Below, in pieces: positions 1 through 10,749 of a stretch of DNA of 64,000 nt (the stretch's first letter is position 1; every line of letters starts with the position of its first letter). A model generated the notes under the pieces. It had not been told where the DNA came from. It saw only the letters and a list, made by a program, of their open reading frames with translations, and did not search any database. This DNA comes from Histomonas meleagridis 2922-C6/04-290x (taxonomy: Eukaryota; Protista; Parabasalia): positions 186,001 to 250,000 of the forward strand of contig JAANOX010000136.1 in NCBI GenBank assembly GCA_020184695.1, written 5' to 3'. Made by a program: the position numbers and the translations under genes.

Positions 1-135
1 AGAATGTGAAGATATTTTAACAATTTCACAATTTCATTACCATTTTTACCTTGATATCACGAACAGTATTCACTATTTGTTTATTAAAAACATTAATCAA
101 AAACATTATTTTATGTATACATAATTATTTTCATT

Positions 136-2166
136 TTATAGTTCGACATTTTTAGGCTTCAAATTCGCCTTCACATTTTCATATGCATTTTTCAATCTCT
201 CAAACAATATCAGTATGTCATCGAGCACCAAATCGTTTCCGTTTTTGTGTTCCTCAATATAATCGTCTGCTTTTTGGCATTCTCTTCCTAATCTTCTTAG
301 CAATTTCTTCGGCGGCTTCATTCCCATTTTTGGCCAATGCTTTTCCACAGCATCATTTACGTCGTCAAGTAATTCTTCGAGTCGTTCGAATGCTTCTGGC
401 GCTTCTTCTTTATCTTTCCCGCGTTTTATCAAGTCATGTGAAGCACTTTCTATTTCATATCGGAATTGCTTTAGCTCATTTTCATTTGTGATTTTTTCGT
501 TCGTTACTTTGTATTGAATGCTTGCAATTAACTTTAGAACCTTTTCGCGTTCTTCCGGTGTGGACGTTTCAATGATAGAAGGCTCAAATGAGATTTTCTC
601 ACGCGAATCAATGAGAAAAGATTCGAAATCATGTAAAATGGAATCTTGTTGTCGTTGTTTTTGTTCTTTCTCTTCAAAGGATCGAATAATTTTCTCAGTG
701 GAACTACGCTTGCTTTTATAAAGCCCTGATTTGGAGAATTTATGGTACCCAGTGACTTTCACTTGACCTTCAATTATCTCATATGTTCCTTGATCAAGTA
801 AACCTATAGTTCGAATATATGGCTTGATTCCAAGCGGAAGCTTTTGCTTGCTTTGATACTTAAAAGTAGCATACTTTTCATCTTTGATTAATGAAATGTT
901 ATATAAAGGTAATCCCTCAAATTTTATGGGGGACGTTAAATAACTCCCGAGTCGGGATGCCTCAAAATAACCGGCGCCGATAACGTTGGCTTCTTCTGTG
1001 TTTAACGAACGCATCACTGGCACTTTTCCATTGAAAATGTTGTTGATGAAGTCAATGAAAAGTGGCGATCGAGTTCCTCCACCAATTAACTCAAACCGAT
1101 CTATATCTTCATATACATCAAACCCTGCTTGGTGAAAAGCTTCAAAGAATGTTTTGTTAAGAACCTTAAGCTCATTTTTGCAAATTGATTTGAGCTTTTC
1201 TAATGAGAATGTAAAAGTCATATCAAGCCCATGTACTAAATCTTCAAGATACAGTGTAACATTTGGCTGAAGAGTAAGTTCGTGTTTGACTTTTCTACCA
1301 GCAGCAATAATTTTTTGAACAGATTTCTCATCTATTTCAATTTTTGGGTTTTGCTTTAGAACTTCACGTCTAATTTCTTCTGCAATTTTCACATCAACAG
1401 AATATGAACCAAATGTATCTGTCCATGAATAACCAAGCTCCTGTACTACCGGTCCATCTTTCTCATAGTTAAACTCTTGTACGGAAACTTGCATTTGGGA
1501 AGCGCCAATGTCAATAAAGCAAACCATTAATGTATTGTTTTTAAAAAGTTGTCCTCGTTCAACAGCGAAAAGAGTTCCCACAGCAGAAGTTGTTTCAATG
1601 AGATGTGGTTTGTATGTAGACAATTTTGCAGCTCGTGAAAAGGCAGCTCTTTGATGGTGTGTAAGGAATTTAGGAATTACAAGTGATACTGAATCAACAG
1701 TAGCATTTGGTTTAGATTTTGAATAGTCATCAATTGCCAGTGAAATAAGTTGTGATGCATAGAATTCAGGCGGTGCTGTAAGATCAAGATACTTATCTTC
1801 ATCACAATCAAAAGGCATTGTGAGATTTCTTTTTGCAAAATAAGAAATAAGCTTGGAACTGTAGTTTTTACCAAGAAGTTGTGGTAAAAAACGAATCGCT
1901 TTTGATGGATATCTTGTGATGATTGATGAATCGCCTGTAAGTCGTTGAAAACAATTTACATCTTCGCTAGTGATTATAACTGGCGCATCTTCTGTTGTTG
2001 GAATTAATGCAGCAACAGCAGGTGTAAATCTTTTCCCTATTGAATTATGAACAATTTGAACAGGACTCCCTCTTTGAAGAAATGAAACTCGCATTGATTC
2101 ACTTCCTAAATCAATAAATAATGATGCAGAAGATATTGCTCTTAAGAGCAGAACGAAAAAGATCAT
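136..2166 (-). CDS. ER-type Hsp70 superfamily chaperone (Grp170/HYOU1/Hsp110-like)
   Basis: Hsp70 NBD motifs FIDLGSES, FIDIGAS, ELIGGGTRSP, NTEEANVIGA. Signal peptide MIFFVLLLRAISSA from ATG 2166 (the track start at 2196 is TTG). C-terminal NVEL resembles a KDEL-type retention signal. Confidence 0.85.
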   Translation of the reverse strand: MIFFVLLLRAISSASLFIDLGSESMRVSFLQRGSPVQIVHNSIGKRFTPAVAALIPTTEDAPVIITSEDVNCFQRLTGDSSIITRYPSKAIRFLPQLLGKNYSSKLISYFAKRNLTMPFDCDEDKYLDLTAPPEFYASQLISLAIDDYSKSKPNATVDSVSLVIPKFLTHHQRAAFSRAAKLSTYKPHLIETTSAVGTLFAVERGQLFKNNTLMVCFIDIGASQMQVSVQEFNYEKDGPVVQELGYSWTDTFGSYSVDVKIAEEIRREVLKQNPKIEIDEKSVQKIIAAGRKVKHELTLQPNVTLYLEDLVHGLDMTFTFSLEKLKSICKNELKVLNKTFFEAFHQAGFDVYEDIDRFELIGGGTRSPLFIDFINNIFNGKVPVMRSLNTEEANVIGAGYFEASRLGSYLTSPIKFEGLPLYNISLIKDEKYATFKYQSKQKLPLGIKPYIRTIGLLDQGTYEIIEGQVKVTGYHKFSKSGLYKSKRSSTEKIIRSFEEKEQKQRQQDSILHDFESFLIDSREKISFEPSIIETSTPEEREKVLKLIASIQYKVTNEKITNENELKQFRYEIESASHDLIKRGKDKEEAPEAFERLEELLDDVNDAVEKHWPKMGMKPPKKLLRRLGRECQKADDYIEEHKNGNDLVLDDILILFERLKNAYENVKANLKPKNVEL

Positions 2167-2335
2167 TTTCTCTAAAATACGATAGAGCCGATACAAAGTA
2201 AAGATTAGAAATATTTACGATAGGAAAATGCCGAAAGCAAATTTTGATCAAAATTATTCAATATGCCAAAAAAACATTAAATATGTGGTGTAATATGACA
2301 ATTAAAATGTATTCAATTATTTATTTTTATTGTAA

Positions 2336-3106
2336 CTAATCACCTAAATCATCTTCAGTTCCAATTTGTCCATCTCCAGTTCCAATATATTTTCTTTGGA
2401 TACTGAACTGTGAACGGAAGAAGTTCATTTTGACATTAGAAGATTGAAGTACTAACATTTCGAGTGATTTTCTTGCTTGGTCCATATATGGATTTTCAGG
2501 TATAATTAAACCTGTTGGACGATTCGGAAAATCTTTGAGCTCTGAAAATGTTTTGATTTCTGTGTCATTTATATAGCAGAATGGGCGTGTGATAAGAACT
2601 TCTGGTTTGTCTGCATACAATTTGATTTTTTGGACAATAGAAGGACAATCAAAGGAAGCATTTTTTGCCATGTTTGTTATAATGGTGGCATCAAGAAAAT
2701 CAAGGTTTTCTGGTATTGCAACTTTATTACAATCTAATTCAAGTGCTAAATTAACAAGAATTTCGTAGTACACTTCCTCCCCATTGACATTGTCTACTTT
2801 TCTATAATGATTTGTAACTTTTAAACTTTCACAAAATTCGTCAAGATATTTTGTTGTCTGTGGATCAGCTTCATCTGTAGTATAAAGATGAACTGCAGTA
2901 ATTTTAAAACCTTTTGGAACCTTTGATACCTTGTAACGCATCCAGTGAAGAAGAGAAAGATGAGAATAATCAGAGTCAATAGGAATTAGAAAATGATCAG
3001 TTCCTTCATTATTAACAATGTTGAAATCTCCACACCCTGCACCAAATTGGCGTGCAAATCGTTTTGTGATTTTCGAGAGTTGTTTTGATTTTTTCATGTC
3101 TTTCAT
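2336..3106 (-). CDS. PP-loop (TtcA/TilS/Ctu-like) fold protein with degenerate catalytic motif
   Basis: CNKVAIPENLD..ATIITNM and ITRPFCYINDTEI resemble GCNKIALGHHLDD..ETFLMN and VIRPL.YVRE.DI of TtcA-family proteins. The SGGKDS position reads PIDSDYSHLSLLHWM. First ATG is at 3106. Confidence 0.5.
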   Translation of the reverse strand: MKDMKKSKQLSKITKRFARQFGAGCGDFNIVNNEGTDHFLIPIDSDYSHLSLLHWMRYKVSKVPKGFKITAVHLYTTDEADPQTTKYLDEFCESLKVTNHYRKVDNVNGEEVYYEILVNLALELDCNKVAIPENLDFLDATIITNMAKNASFDCPSIVQKIKLYADKPEVLITRPFCYINDTEIKTFSELKDFPNRPTGLIIPENPYMDQARKSLEMLVLQSSNVKMNFFRSQFSIQRKYIGTGDGQIGTEDDLGD

Positions 3107-3180
3107 GTCCCGTCCTGTGAATTCGGATTGCAAAACATATAACCGCTTATTTTAAACGTTTCCCAATGAACATGACCCAC

Positions 3181-3309
3181 TTTTTCATATTGGAGTAATG
3201 GATGTATTTTGATATTCTTTTTCATATTGGAGTAATGGATGTATTTTGATATTCTTTTTCATAATGGAGTAATGGATGTATTTTGATATTCTTTTTCATA
3301 TTGGAGTAA
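3181..3309 (+). repeat. 37-bp tandem repeat, about 3.5 copies (TTTTTCATATTGGAGTAATGGATGTATTTTGATATTC)
   Basis: Units start at 3181, 3218, 3255 and 3292 (partial); near-perfect identity. Confidence 0.95.
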
Positions 3310-3467
3310 AGGGTGTATTTCTGTGTACTACATCCAATTATATTCCAAAATATCTAGAGAGCGTTCGTAAAACTTCACCAGACAATGTTGTAATAATGCT
3401 CATCGGTCCCATTTTGATCTTAAGGAAAAACGAAATATTTAGCAAAAGAGAAAACCTTATTTTTTAA
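3276..3467 (+). pseudogene. Degenerate Rab GTPase fragment
   Basis: GVKGVFL...NYIPKYLESVRKTSPDNVVIMLIG resembles the Rab segment GAxGxxLVYD...NIPxWLxEVR..APxNVVIMLIGNK. G1, G3 and the intact NKxD motif are absent. Confidence 0.4.
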
Positions 3468-4041
3468 GAAGTTCCGATTCGAGAAAATATTAATGTTCAT
3501 GAATCATTCGAAGAGTTAATCAAAAAATTTGCTCAAGTTGAAAAACTTAATAATGGACGACAAGTAATTTAAAATCCTTGCTTAACAAGGTTCAAAGACA
3601 AAAGAAAATAATCATCCATGCAAAATCAAAATTGAGAACATAAATTTTTTTGTACGTACTTTTTTTAGTATGACAAAATAATTCTTAAAAGCTTGTGATA
3701 AGAAAAACCACAAATATAAAGTGCATTATAAGAAAAACTTCAACAAAAAAATTTTGGAAACAACATTACAAAGATAATGCATGGTTTTTTATAATAATCG
3801 CTTTGGGTTCAATTGAATCGAAATTTTGATATCTGCAACTGTTCTTTAGGTATTTCTTCCTTATTTAATAATAATTTCATTGGTTGCATCATCGGTTAGA
3901 AAATGAAACAGTTTAATTTCATATTTCAAAAGTTACATGCAGAAACAAATGACCTTTTGACATTGACATGCTTGGAAGCATATTAAATAAATATGAATTT
4001 TTTTTTGACAATAATTTAATATATTTAAAATATTTTTTGAA

Positions 4042-4219
4042 TAACAGATACCTTTGTGAGATTATATTCTCTTAGAAATTATATTATTAGATCACAAAAA
4101 TAATAAAAATAAAATTAATAAATTTTGAAATATATTTTTTTTAAAAAATCAAAAAAACCATATGAAATGTTTTGCATGTCGTTTCAAGAGTGATTGCATT
4201 AACAGATACCTTTGTGAGA
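4042..4219 (+). repeat. 20-bp exact direct repeat TAACAGATACCTTTGTGAGA (4042-4061 and 4200-4219)
   Basis: Read directly from intergenic sequence; flanks are imperfectly similar. Confidence 0.8.
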
Positions 4220-4583
4220 ATATATCCTATTAAAGATTATACAAGTATTCCGGAAATACAAAAGTATATAAATTAGTTTTGAAATATTTCAAAAGAATGC
4301 AAAATAAAGAGATAATAAATAATTTTTATATTAAATACAAAAATAAAGCAGATAAATTCAGTGGTTGAAAATCGTTGAAGAGTGATTTAAAAGACGATGA
4401 ATTTTCATCCAAATTTACAACGATTTCAGAAATTTCAAAAAAAAAGTTTTTTGCCAAAAGTGCCTATGAATAGATAAAAAGTGATCAAATATTGGTTCTG
4501 ATTGATCGATTTCCTCTCAATTCCACTTCACCAGTTTGTCCATGTAAACTATTTAAAATTCATTTGAATCTTACTTTTGACCA

Positions 4584-5546
4584 ATGAGTAATGCTGCATT
4601 GATTGAGATTGGCGATGATGTTACATCCCAACTTGCAGACTTCAAGAATGATGAGTCAAAGCGTGCCATTCAACTTACAATCGAAAATGAAGTTCTTCGA
4701 GTTGTTAAAACAGTTCCAGCAACATCATCCATGGAAAGTGATTTTGATGGTCTTCAGGATATTCTTAATCAATCGCAACCATCATATATTATTATTCATT
4801 TAAAGAAGGATCCAGAATATCCAGAGTATGTCTTAATTGTTTTCATTCCACCAAGATGTCCAATTCGCCCACGTACAATTTTCGCTTCATCTCGTTCAAC
4901 AGTTCAACGTTATCTTAACCAAATTTTTGTTAACTTAGGTGATTATTTCGTCGATAATATACAAGAAGTTACATTCAATGCATTTCTCCATGTTACAACA
5001 AAAGATGAAACATCAATGACAATTGATGAAATCCAACAAAGAAAGGAAGCCCAAGAGAACACAGTTTCTCAAGTTTCATTGCCAACTCATGATACATTTA
5101 CATGGCCAGTTGCTGATGACCTTTTAGATCTCCTCAGACAGTTTGCTAGTGGCAGCGGTCCAACTGTTGTTGCTGGAAAAGCATCAAATACTGGTGGCGC
5201 AATATCTGTTGCAGGCACAGGAAACTCTCTCTCCGACATAGATAGCTCAGCTCCACGTTACATTGCTGTCAACTATAATAACAAAGGAGAGAAATTGAAA
5301 CTATTTGTTCTGTATTGTCCTGATAACGCAAAGTCCAGAGAAAAGATGATGTCATCAACTTGCAAGCACAGCTTCATCAAGGGATGCTCTGAGGTCGGTC
5401 TTGAGTTTGATAAGTTCTTCGAAATCAGAGATGAAAGAGATTTCAATGATTCCAACTTAGACCTTTTGGTCAATCCAGTCCATGAAACCCACGGTTATGG
5501 AGAAATCAAAGTTCACCGCAAACCAAGAGCACCTGGTCGCAAGTAA
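4584..5546 (+). CDS. TWF: Twinfilin (two ADF-H/cofilin domains)
   Basis: Two ADF-H-like halves (FIPPRCPIRPRTIFASSR; YCPDNAKSREKMMSSTCK) and a basic C-tail RKPRAPGRK typical of twinfilins; 320 aa. Confidence 0.85.
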   Translation: MSNAALIEIGDDVTSQLADFKNDESKRAIQLTIENEVLRVVKTVPATSSMESDFDGLQDILNQSQPSYIIIHLKKDPEYPEYVLIVFIPPRCPIRPRTIFASSRSTVQRYLNQIFVNLGDYFVDNIQEVTFNAFLHVTTKDETSMTIDEIQQRKEAQENTVSQVSLPTHDTFTWPVADDLLDLLRQFASGSGPTVVAGKASNTGGAISVAGTGNSLSDIDSSAPRYIAVNYNNKGEKLKLFVLYCPDNAKSREKMMSSTCKHSFIKGCSEVGLEFDKFFEIRDERDFNDSNLDLLVNPVHETHGYGEIKVHRKPRAPGRK

Positions 5547-5773
5547 GTAAACCACAATTTCTGATCCGAAAAATTTCATTTTGACTTTATAAACAAGAAA
5601 TTATTGAACCCAGGAAGTAAACAATGAAACTTAGGTCTTATTTCCTTTGATTTTAGTGTTTTTTAATAACTGTACGTTCGTTTTAATTTGCAACTTGAAC
5701 CGAGAAATTGTATTCGATTTAATCGTTCTTGTTTAAATTAACGGTTTTCTTTTTCTGGGTTATAACCATTACA

Positions 5774-7114
5774 ATGAACCAGGAAGAAAATAAAAATTCA
5801 AACGATCAAAATATGGAAAACCCATCAACATATGTTGTACAGCCGGGAGATTCGCTTCAAGCATTAGCTTTGAAATTTGATTGTAGCGTATCTTCAATTA
5901 AAACAAGCAACCATTTATTTAGTGATCTAATCCTACCTGGAGATATTTTGCAAATACCTAAGACAGTAGGAAACAATTCTTTTTTGCCAATTACTGCTTC
6001 ATATTTTAATTCTAAAAATAATCTTGACAGCAGTTCCACTATCCCAGGCAAACTTCTTGTCATTGATGAATATTTGCGTTTTGAACCAACAAATCATTCA
6101 TTTCGTCCAATCTCAATTCATTTATTAGGTCACATTGGTAGTGTTATATTTCCTTGTCCATCTACGCTCAATTCGGACAACCCTAATACCTTTGATGCGC
6201 CTGACACTCTCTATGTGCTTCTTATCACATATTTATGTTCCATAGATAATCCCGATTCACTTGAAACCAAATGCTTCAGTGCCACTTACAAAGACCTCCA
6301 AACCTTTCATCCCAAGCTTCAATCATTAGCTGCCTCTATTCAAAAACAACATAATTATCAGCCACCTGAAATTGATCAATTTTCCGACACAAAACCCGAC
6401 ACCAAACCCATTCCTACGCCACCATCTCCACCGCCATCACCACCACCACCTCCACATCCTCAATCTCCTCCACCTCAACAAACATCTCCATCTCCACCTC
6501 CACAGCCTCAATCTCTTCCACAACGTCCTCGCCGTATTCCTGGCGCCGGTCCAATCACTTTTATTGGCGGGTCATCGACTATTCTTAGCGAAGATGAAAT
6601 CAGTCGCATCAGATTTGTATTGCCGCCACGTTTTCGTCCACTTAATTGGAAGCTTCTCTTTCAACTTACACGGGATGGCTCAAGTTACACTTCTTTCTAT
6701 AGTAGTGCGCATGGCGCCGAGCCGCTAATAATGATTTTAAAGGATCAATTCGGCGACAGAATTGGCGCGTATGTATCGAAAGGGTTAAAGATGTCGAAGC
6801 AATACTATGGCTCTGGCGAAACATTTGTTTTTAGGTTTTCATCTGATTTCGAGTATTTCCCATGGAGAGAAACTCATTCGAACCAATATTTCGTTACAAG
6901 CTCCGACAAAAACATTGCGATTGGCGGCGGCGGCTCTTCTGCGATTTGGATCGACGGAAATTTGTTAAATGCATTTTCGGAGAGTTGCGCGACATTTAAT
7001 TCTCCAAGCTTGACAAAGCAAATTAAGTTTAAGGTATGCGAGTTGGAGGTGTGGACGTTGTGCCAGAGGAAGAAAATGCCGAACGAAACGAACTTCTTCC
7101 CGAAGTCATTATAA
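5774..7114 (+). CDS. LysM + TLDc domain protein (OXR1/NCOA7 family)
   Basis: LysM YVVQPGDSLQALALKFDCSVSSIKTSN...PGDILQIP; Pro-rich linker; TLDc WKLLFQLTRDGSSY, YYGSGETFVFRF, IAIGGGG, ELEVW. ATG at 5774. Confidence 0.9.
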   Translation: MNQEENKNSNDQNMENPSTYVVQPGDSLQALALKFDCSVSSIKTSNHLFSDLILPGDILQIPKTVGNNSFLPITASYFNSKNNLDSSSTIPGKLLVIDEYLRFEPTNHSFRPISIHLLGHIGSVIFPCPSTLNSDNPNTFDAPDTLYVLLITYLCSIDNPDSLETKCFSATYKDLQTFHPKLQSLAASIQKQHNYQPPEIDQFSDTKPDTKPIPTPPSPPPSPPPPPHPQSPPPQQTSPSPPPQPQSLPQRPRRIPGAGPITFIGGSSTILSEDEISRIRFVLPPRFRPLNWKLLFQLTRDGSSYTSFYSSAHGAEPLIMILKDQFGDRIGAYVSKGLKMSKQYYGSGETFVFRFSSDFEYFPWRETHSNQYFVTSSDKNIAIGGGGSSAIWIDGNLLNAFSESCATFNSPSLTKQIKFKVCELEVWTLCQRKKMPNETNFFPKSL

Positions 7115-7222
7115 AATTGTTCGAAATTTATATGAATATGTAAAGAAATCGATACATGTCAACAATTTTTTACAGAAAAAAATTCGCAAATATTTTTATT
7201 ACAGAATGTTTTGTCGGAATCC

Positions 7223-10200
7223 TTAAGATTTGTTATTGTAGCCAATCCTTCCCCAAACGTTTTCGTATCTCTTCATGAAATCGTTTTTTTGGAATGGACT
7301 GTATTGCGTCATGTGATGCGCTCTTTGCTGTGATGTTGGCGCATCGTTTGGAATGGAAATTGAATCATTTTCATCTTTAAGTTCTTCGTCATTTTTATCA
7401 TTCTCCGAACGTAATTCGATTTTATTTTTATCATTTTCACTGTTTTCTTTCTCCAAATTTATTTCAAGTTTATGTTCTTCGTCACTTTCATCTTCTAAAT
7501 GCGTTTCTTCGCTCTTTTCCTTCTCTATATTTAATTCGAGTTTATGTTCTTCACTACTTTCATTTTCATCATTCTCTAAATTTAATTTGATTTTTGGTTC
7601 GTTTTTATCATTTTCACTGTTTTCTTTCTCCAAATTTAGTTCAAGTTTATGTTCTTCGTCACTTTCATCTTCTAAATGCGTTTCATCATTGTTTTCTTTC
7701 TCCAAATTTAGTTCAAGTTTATGTTCTTCGTCACTTTCATCTTCTAAATGTGTTTCTTCGCTGTTTTCCTTCTCTATATTTAATTCGAGTTTATGTTCTT
7801 CACTACTTTCATTTTTATCATCTAAATTTAATTCATATTTAAGTTCTTCGTCATTTTCATTATTTTCTTTTCCTACATTAAATTCGAGTTTGTCGCTTTC
7901 ATCATAATTTTCTTCTTTTTCATTGTTTATAGTTTCATGCTCTTTGTTTGTATCTTTATCGCCTTTAGAGTTTTCTTTATTAAAAGTTATATTTAGTTTT
8001 GCTTCTTCTATGTTTTCATCATTTGGATTTTCTTTTCGTAAATTTACTTCAAGTTTAAGTTCGTCATCATTATCATTGCTCCAACTCATTTCATTATTTG
8101 TTGTTTGTTCGTTTTCTTTTATTAAATTCACTTCAAGTTTTGGTTCATTATCTTCTTCAACGTTTTCCTTATCCAAATTCATTTCATATTTTCCTTCTTC
8201 ATCATTTGGAATTTTTCGTTCTTTTACTAAGTTTTCATTTTCGAAATTCTTTTCATTATTTTCATTAATATCAATTTCAAGTTTGAAATCATTTTCATTT
8301 TCTAAATTTGCTTCAACTTCACTTTTTTCGACATTCATTTTATCATGTTCAGGATTAAAATCGTCGTTTTCATAACTATGTTCATTATCTTTACTTATGT
8401 TCATTTCCCGCTCTTCTGTGTTATTTATATTTTTATCATTTTCTTCTTCAATTTCTTTTTTATCATTTTCTTCATTTGTTTCATTTATAATATCACTTTG
8501 TTCGATAACAATTTTATCAAGTCTATGTTTCTCTATATTTGTTTCGGGATTAAATTCTTCATTTTCATTGTTTATATTTTTATCATTTTCTTCTTCAATT
8601 TCTTTTTTGTGATTATCTGATTCTGAGTTTTCTTTATTAATATTTATATCAAGTTTAAAATCATTTTCATTTTCTGAATTTGTTTCATCTTTCTCTATAA
8701 TATCATTTTGTTCCATTTTATTACGTTTACGTCGCTCTATATTTGTTTCGGGATTAAATTCTTCAATTTCATTGTTTTCTTGTTCAGTATTTAAATTTAT
8801 TCGAAGTTTTTGTTCTTCCTCAAATTTTTGATTTGAATTTATTTCGTTTTCATTCGTAATTTCAAATGTTTGCATCAATTCTCTGTCATGTTTTGAATCA
8901 GAAATATCGCTGTTTGAACAATTTTTATTTTTATCTTCATCAGATTCATAACTTTTCGCTTGTTCTTCAATGTGTTTGTCATTGTCATCGGAATGTTGCT
9001 GCATTTCTTTATCACTTTCACTTTGTTTATTTGATTCATTGTCATTATTCTCTTCAAAATTCACAAAGTCATCGAAATTATTATTTGATTCATCTGTTTT
9101 TTCGTCATTTTCACTTTTATCAGATTTGTCTGCTTCTGATTTCCCTTCTTTATCACTTGATTTATCTTCATTGTTACTTTCTGATTTGTCTTTTATTTCA
9201 TTTTCTGATTTATCTTTATCACTTTCTAATTTTTCTTCTTTATCACTTTCTGATTTATCTTTAATTTCACTTTCTGATTGATCTTTATCACTTTCTGATT
9301 TATCTTTAATTTCACTTTCTGATTTATCTTTAATTTCACTTTCTGATTGATCTTTAATTTCACTTTCTGATTTATCTTCTTTATCACTTTCTGATTGATC
9401 TTTAATTTCACTTTCTGATTTATCTTCTTTATCACTTTCTGATTTATCTTCTTTATCACTTTCTGATTTATCTTTAATTTCACTTTCTGATTGATCTTTA
9501 ATTTCACTTTCTGATTGATCTTTAATTTCACTTTCTGATTGATCTTTATCACTTTCTGATTGATCTTTAATTTCACTTTCTGATTGATCTTTAATTTCAC
9601 TTTCTGATTTATCTTCTTTATCACTTTCTGATTTATCTTTAATTTCACTTTCTGATTGATCTTTAATTTCACTTTCTGATTGATCTTTAATTTCACTTTC
9701 TGATTTATCTTCTTTATCACTTTCTGATTTATCTTCTTTATCACTTTCTGATTGATCTTTAATTTCACTTTCTGATTTATCTTCTTTACCACTTTCTGAT
9801 TGATCTTTAATTTCACTTTCTGATTGATCTTTCTCAGTATTTGTTTCCTCAAAACTATCAAAATCGTTATCTTCGAGTGTTTCGTTAGTTGAATGTTTTC
9901 TATTTCCGTCTGATTCATTACGTTCCAATTTACTTTTAACTTTTTGAGTTTTTTCATAACTTTTTTCATTCTTTGATTTAATTTTTGCTGGACCACATTT
10001 TTGTTCGCTTTCCCTTTGATCTTTCAAATTACCCAATTTAGTTCTATTTGTGGGTGATCTGATTGACTTGTTGTTTGTTTTGTTCTGATTGTTTAGGTTA
10101 AATGGATTTCTTTTTTCAATATTAGGTCGTGTAATTGTGCATTTCTTTGTTAATTTTGTGTCAACTACAGTCATCCCTTCATCATGAATAATCTTGTTTT

Positions 10201-10567
10201 TTTGAATTGATGTTTGTGCAAAAGATTTTGGTGGCTTTTGGTGTGGGTTCTTTTGAGATATGTTGATATCTTTTAATTTACTAGTCCATGAGATATGATG
10301 AGTTTCTCCTGGATTTTTACATTTTTTATGTTCCATATAAACTTTATTTAAAACCTTGAAATTATGCTTGTCGATGTTTGCCTGTATACGCTGATTTTTT
10401 TCTTTTCGTTTTTGGTAATTAATAAGTCTTGGAACCATTGGAGGTGGCGAAGTATCTAAAGAGCCTTTTGTTTCCGAAATTTCTGTTAATGCCATTTGGT
10501 GTTGTCTGTAAGCCTTTTGTTTATTATAAATATCAAGGTATGATGATGCAGCAAGACCATTTGTCAT
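7223..10567 (-). CDS. Large acidic low-complexity repeat protein (basic N-terminus, E/D/N/K-rich body)
   Basis: 1114-codon ORF with ATG; internal octapeptide and 23-aa repeats; no recognisable domain. Confidence 0.75.
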   Translation of the reverse strand: MTNGLAASSYLDIYNKQKAYRQHQMALTEISETKGSLDTSPPPMVPRLINYQKRKEKNQRIQANIDKHNFKVLNKVYMEHKKCKNPGETHHISWTSKLKDINISQKNPHQKPPKSFAQTSIQKNKIIHDEGMTVVDTKLTKKCTITRPNIEKRNPFNLNNQNKTNNKSIRSPTNRTKLGNLKDQRESEQKCGPAKIKSKNEKSYEKTQKVKSKLERNESDGNRKHSTNETLEDNDFDSFEETNTEKDQSESEIKDQSESGKEDKSESEIKDQSESDKEDKSESDKEDKSESEIKDQSESEIKDQSESEIKDKSESDKEDKSESEIKDQSESEIKDQSESDKDQSESEIKDQSESEIKDQSESEIKDKSESDKEDKSESDKEDKSESEIKDQSESDKEDKSESEIKDQSESEIKDKSESEIKDKSESDKDQSESEIKDKSESDKEEKLESDKDKSENEIKDKSESNNEDKSSDKEGKSEADKSDKSENDEKTDESNNNFDDFVNFEENNDNESNKQSESDKEMQQHSDDNDKHIEEQAKSYESDEDKNKNCSNSDISDSKHDRELMQTFEITNENEINSNQKFEEEQKLRINLNTEQENNEIEEFNPETNIERRKRNKMEQNDIIEKDETNSENENDFKLDININKENSESDNHKKEIEEENDKNINNENEEFNPETNIEKHRLDKIVIEQSDIINETNEENDKKEIEEENDKNINNTEEREMNISKDNEHSYENDDFNPEHDKMNVEKSEVEANLENENDFKLEIDINENNEKNFENENLVKERKIPNDEEGKYEMNLDKENVEEDNEPKLEVNLIKENEQTTNNEMSWSNDNDDELKLEVNLRKENPNDENIEEAKLNITFNKENSKGDKDTNKEHETINNEKEENYDESDKLEFNVGKENNENDEELKYELNLDDKNESSEEHKLELNIEKENSEETHLEDESDEEHKLELNLEKENNDETHLEDESDEEHKLELNLEKENSENDKNEPKIKLNLENDENESSEEHKLELNIEKEKSEETHLEDESDEEHKLEINLEKENSENDKNKIELRSENDKNDEELKDENDSISIPNDAPTSQQRAHHMTQYSPFQKNDFMKRYENVWGRIGYNNKS
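7420..7830 (-). repeat. Coding repeats ELN[LI]EKEN/SEETHLEDESDEEHKL (about 69-nt units)
   Basis: Repeated blocks are visible in both the DNA and the translation. Confidence 0.8.
9175..9832 (-). repeat. Coding minisatellite, mainly 24-nt units (SESEIKD[QK] / SESDKEDK)
   Basis: More than 20 tandem units such as TCTTTAATTTCACTTTCTGATTGA on the + strand, with occasional shorter SESDKDQ units. Confidence 0.95.
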
Positions 10568-10749
10568 ATAGCGCTTGAAAATACGTTATTTCCGGAGAAC
10601 GTTAAAGCCTGTAAATTAACTTTCTTTGGTTTTCGAGGTATTGTGTTTTCATTGAAATTTTTGATCGTCAATCACAAGTGAATTTGATGTAAACTTCTAA
10701 AAACACTAACAATTTTTGAATGCATTCAAAAATTGTCAAATGACGCTAA

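Noticed and set aside
7353-9996. Antisense and alternative-frame ORFs (7353-7907, 7923-8375, 8970-9281, 9226-9996 etc.)
   Set aside because: By-products of the repetitive E/K/N-rich coding sequence; low-complexity S/F/L or K/I/N translations.
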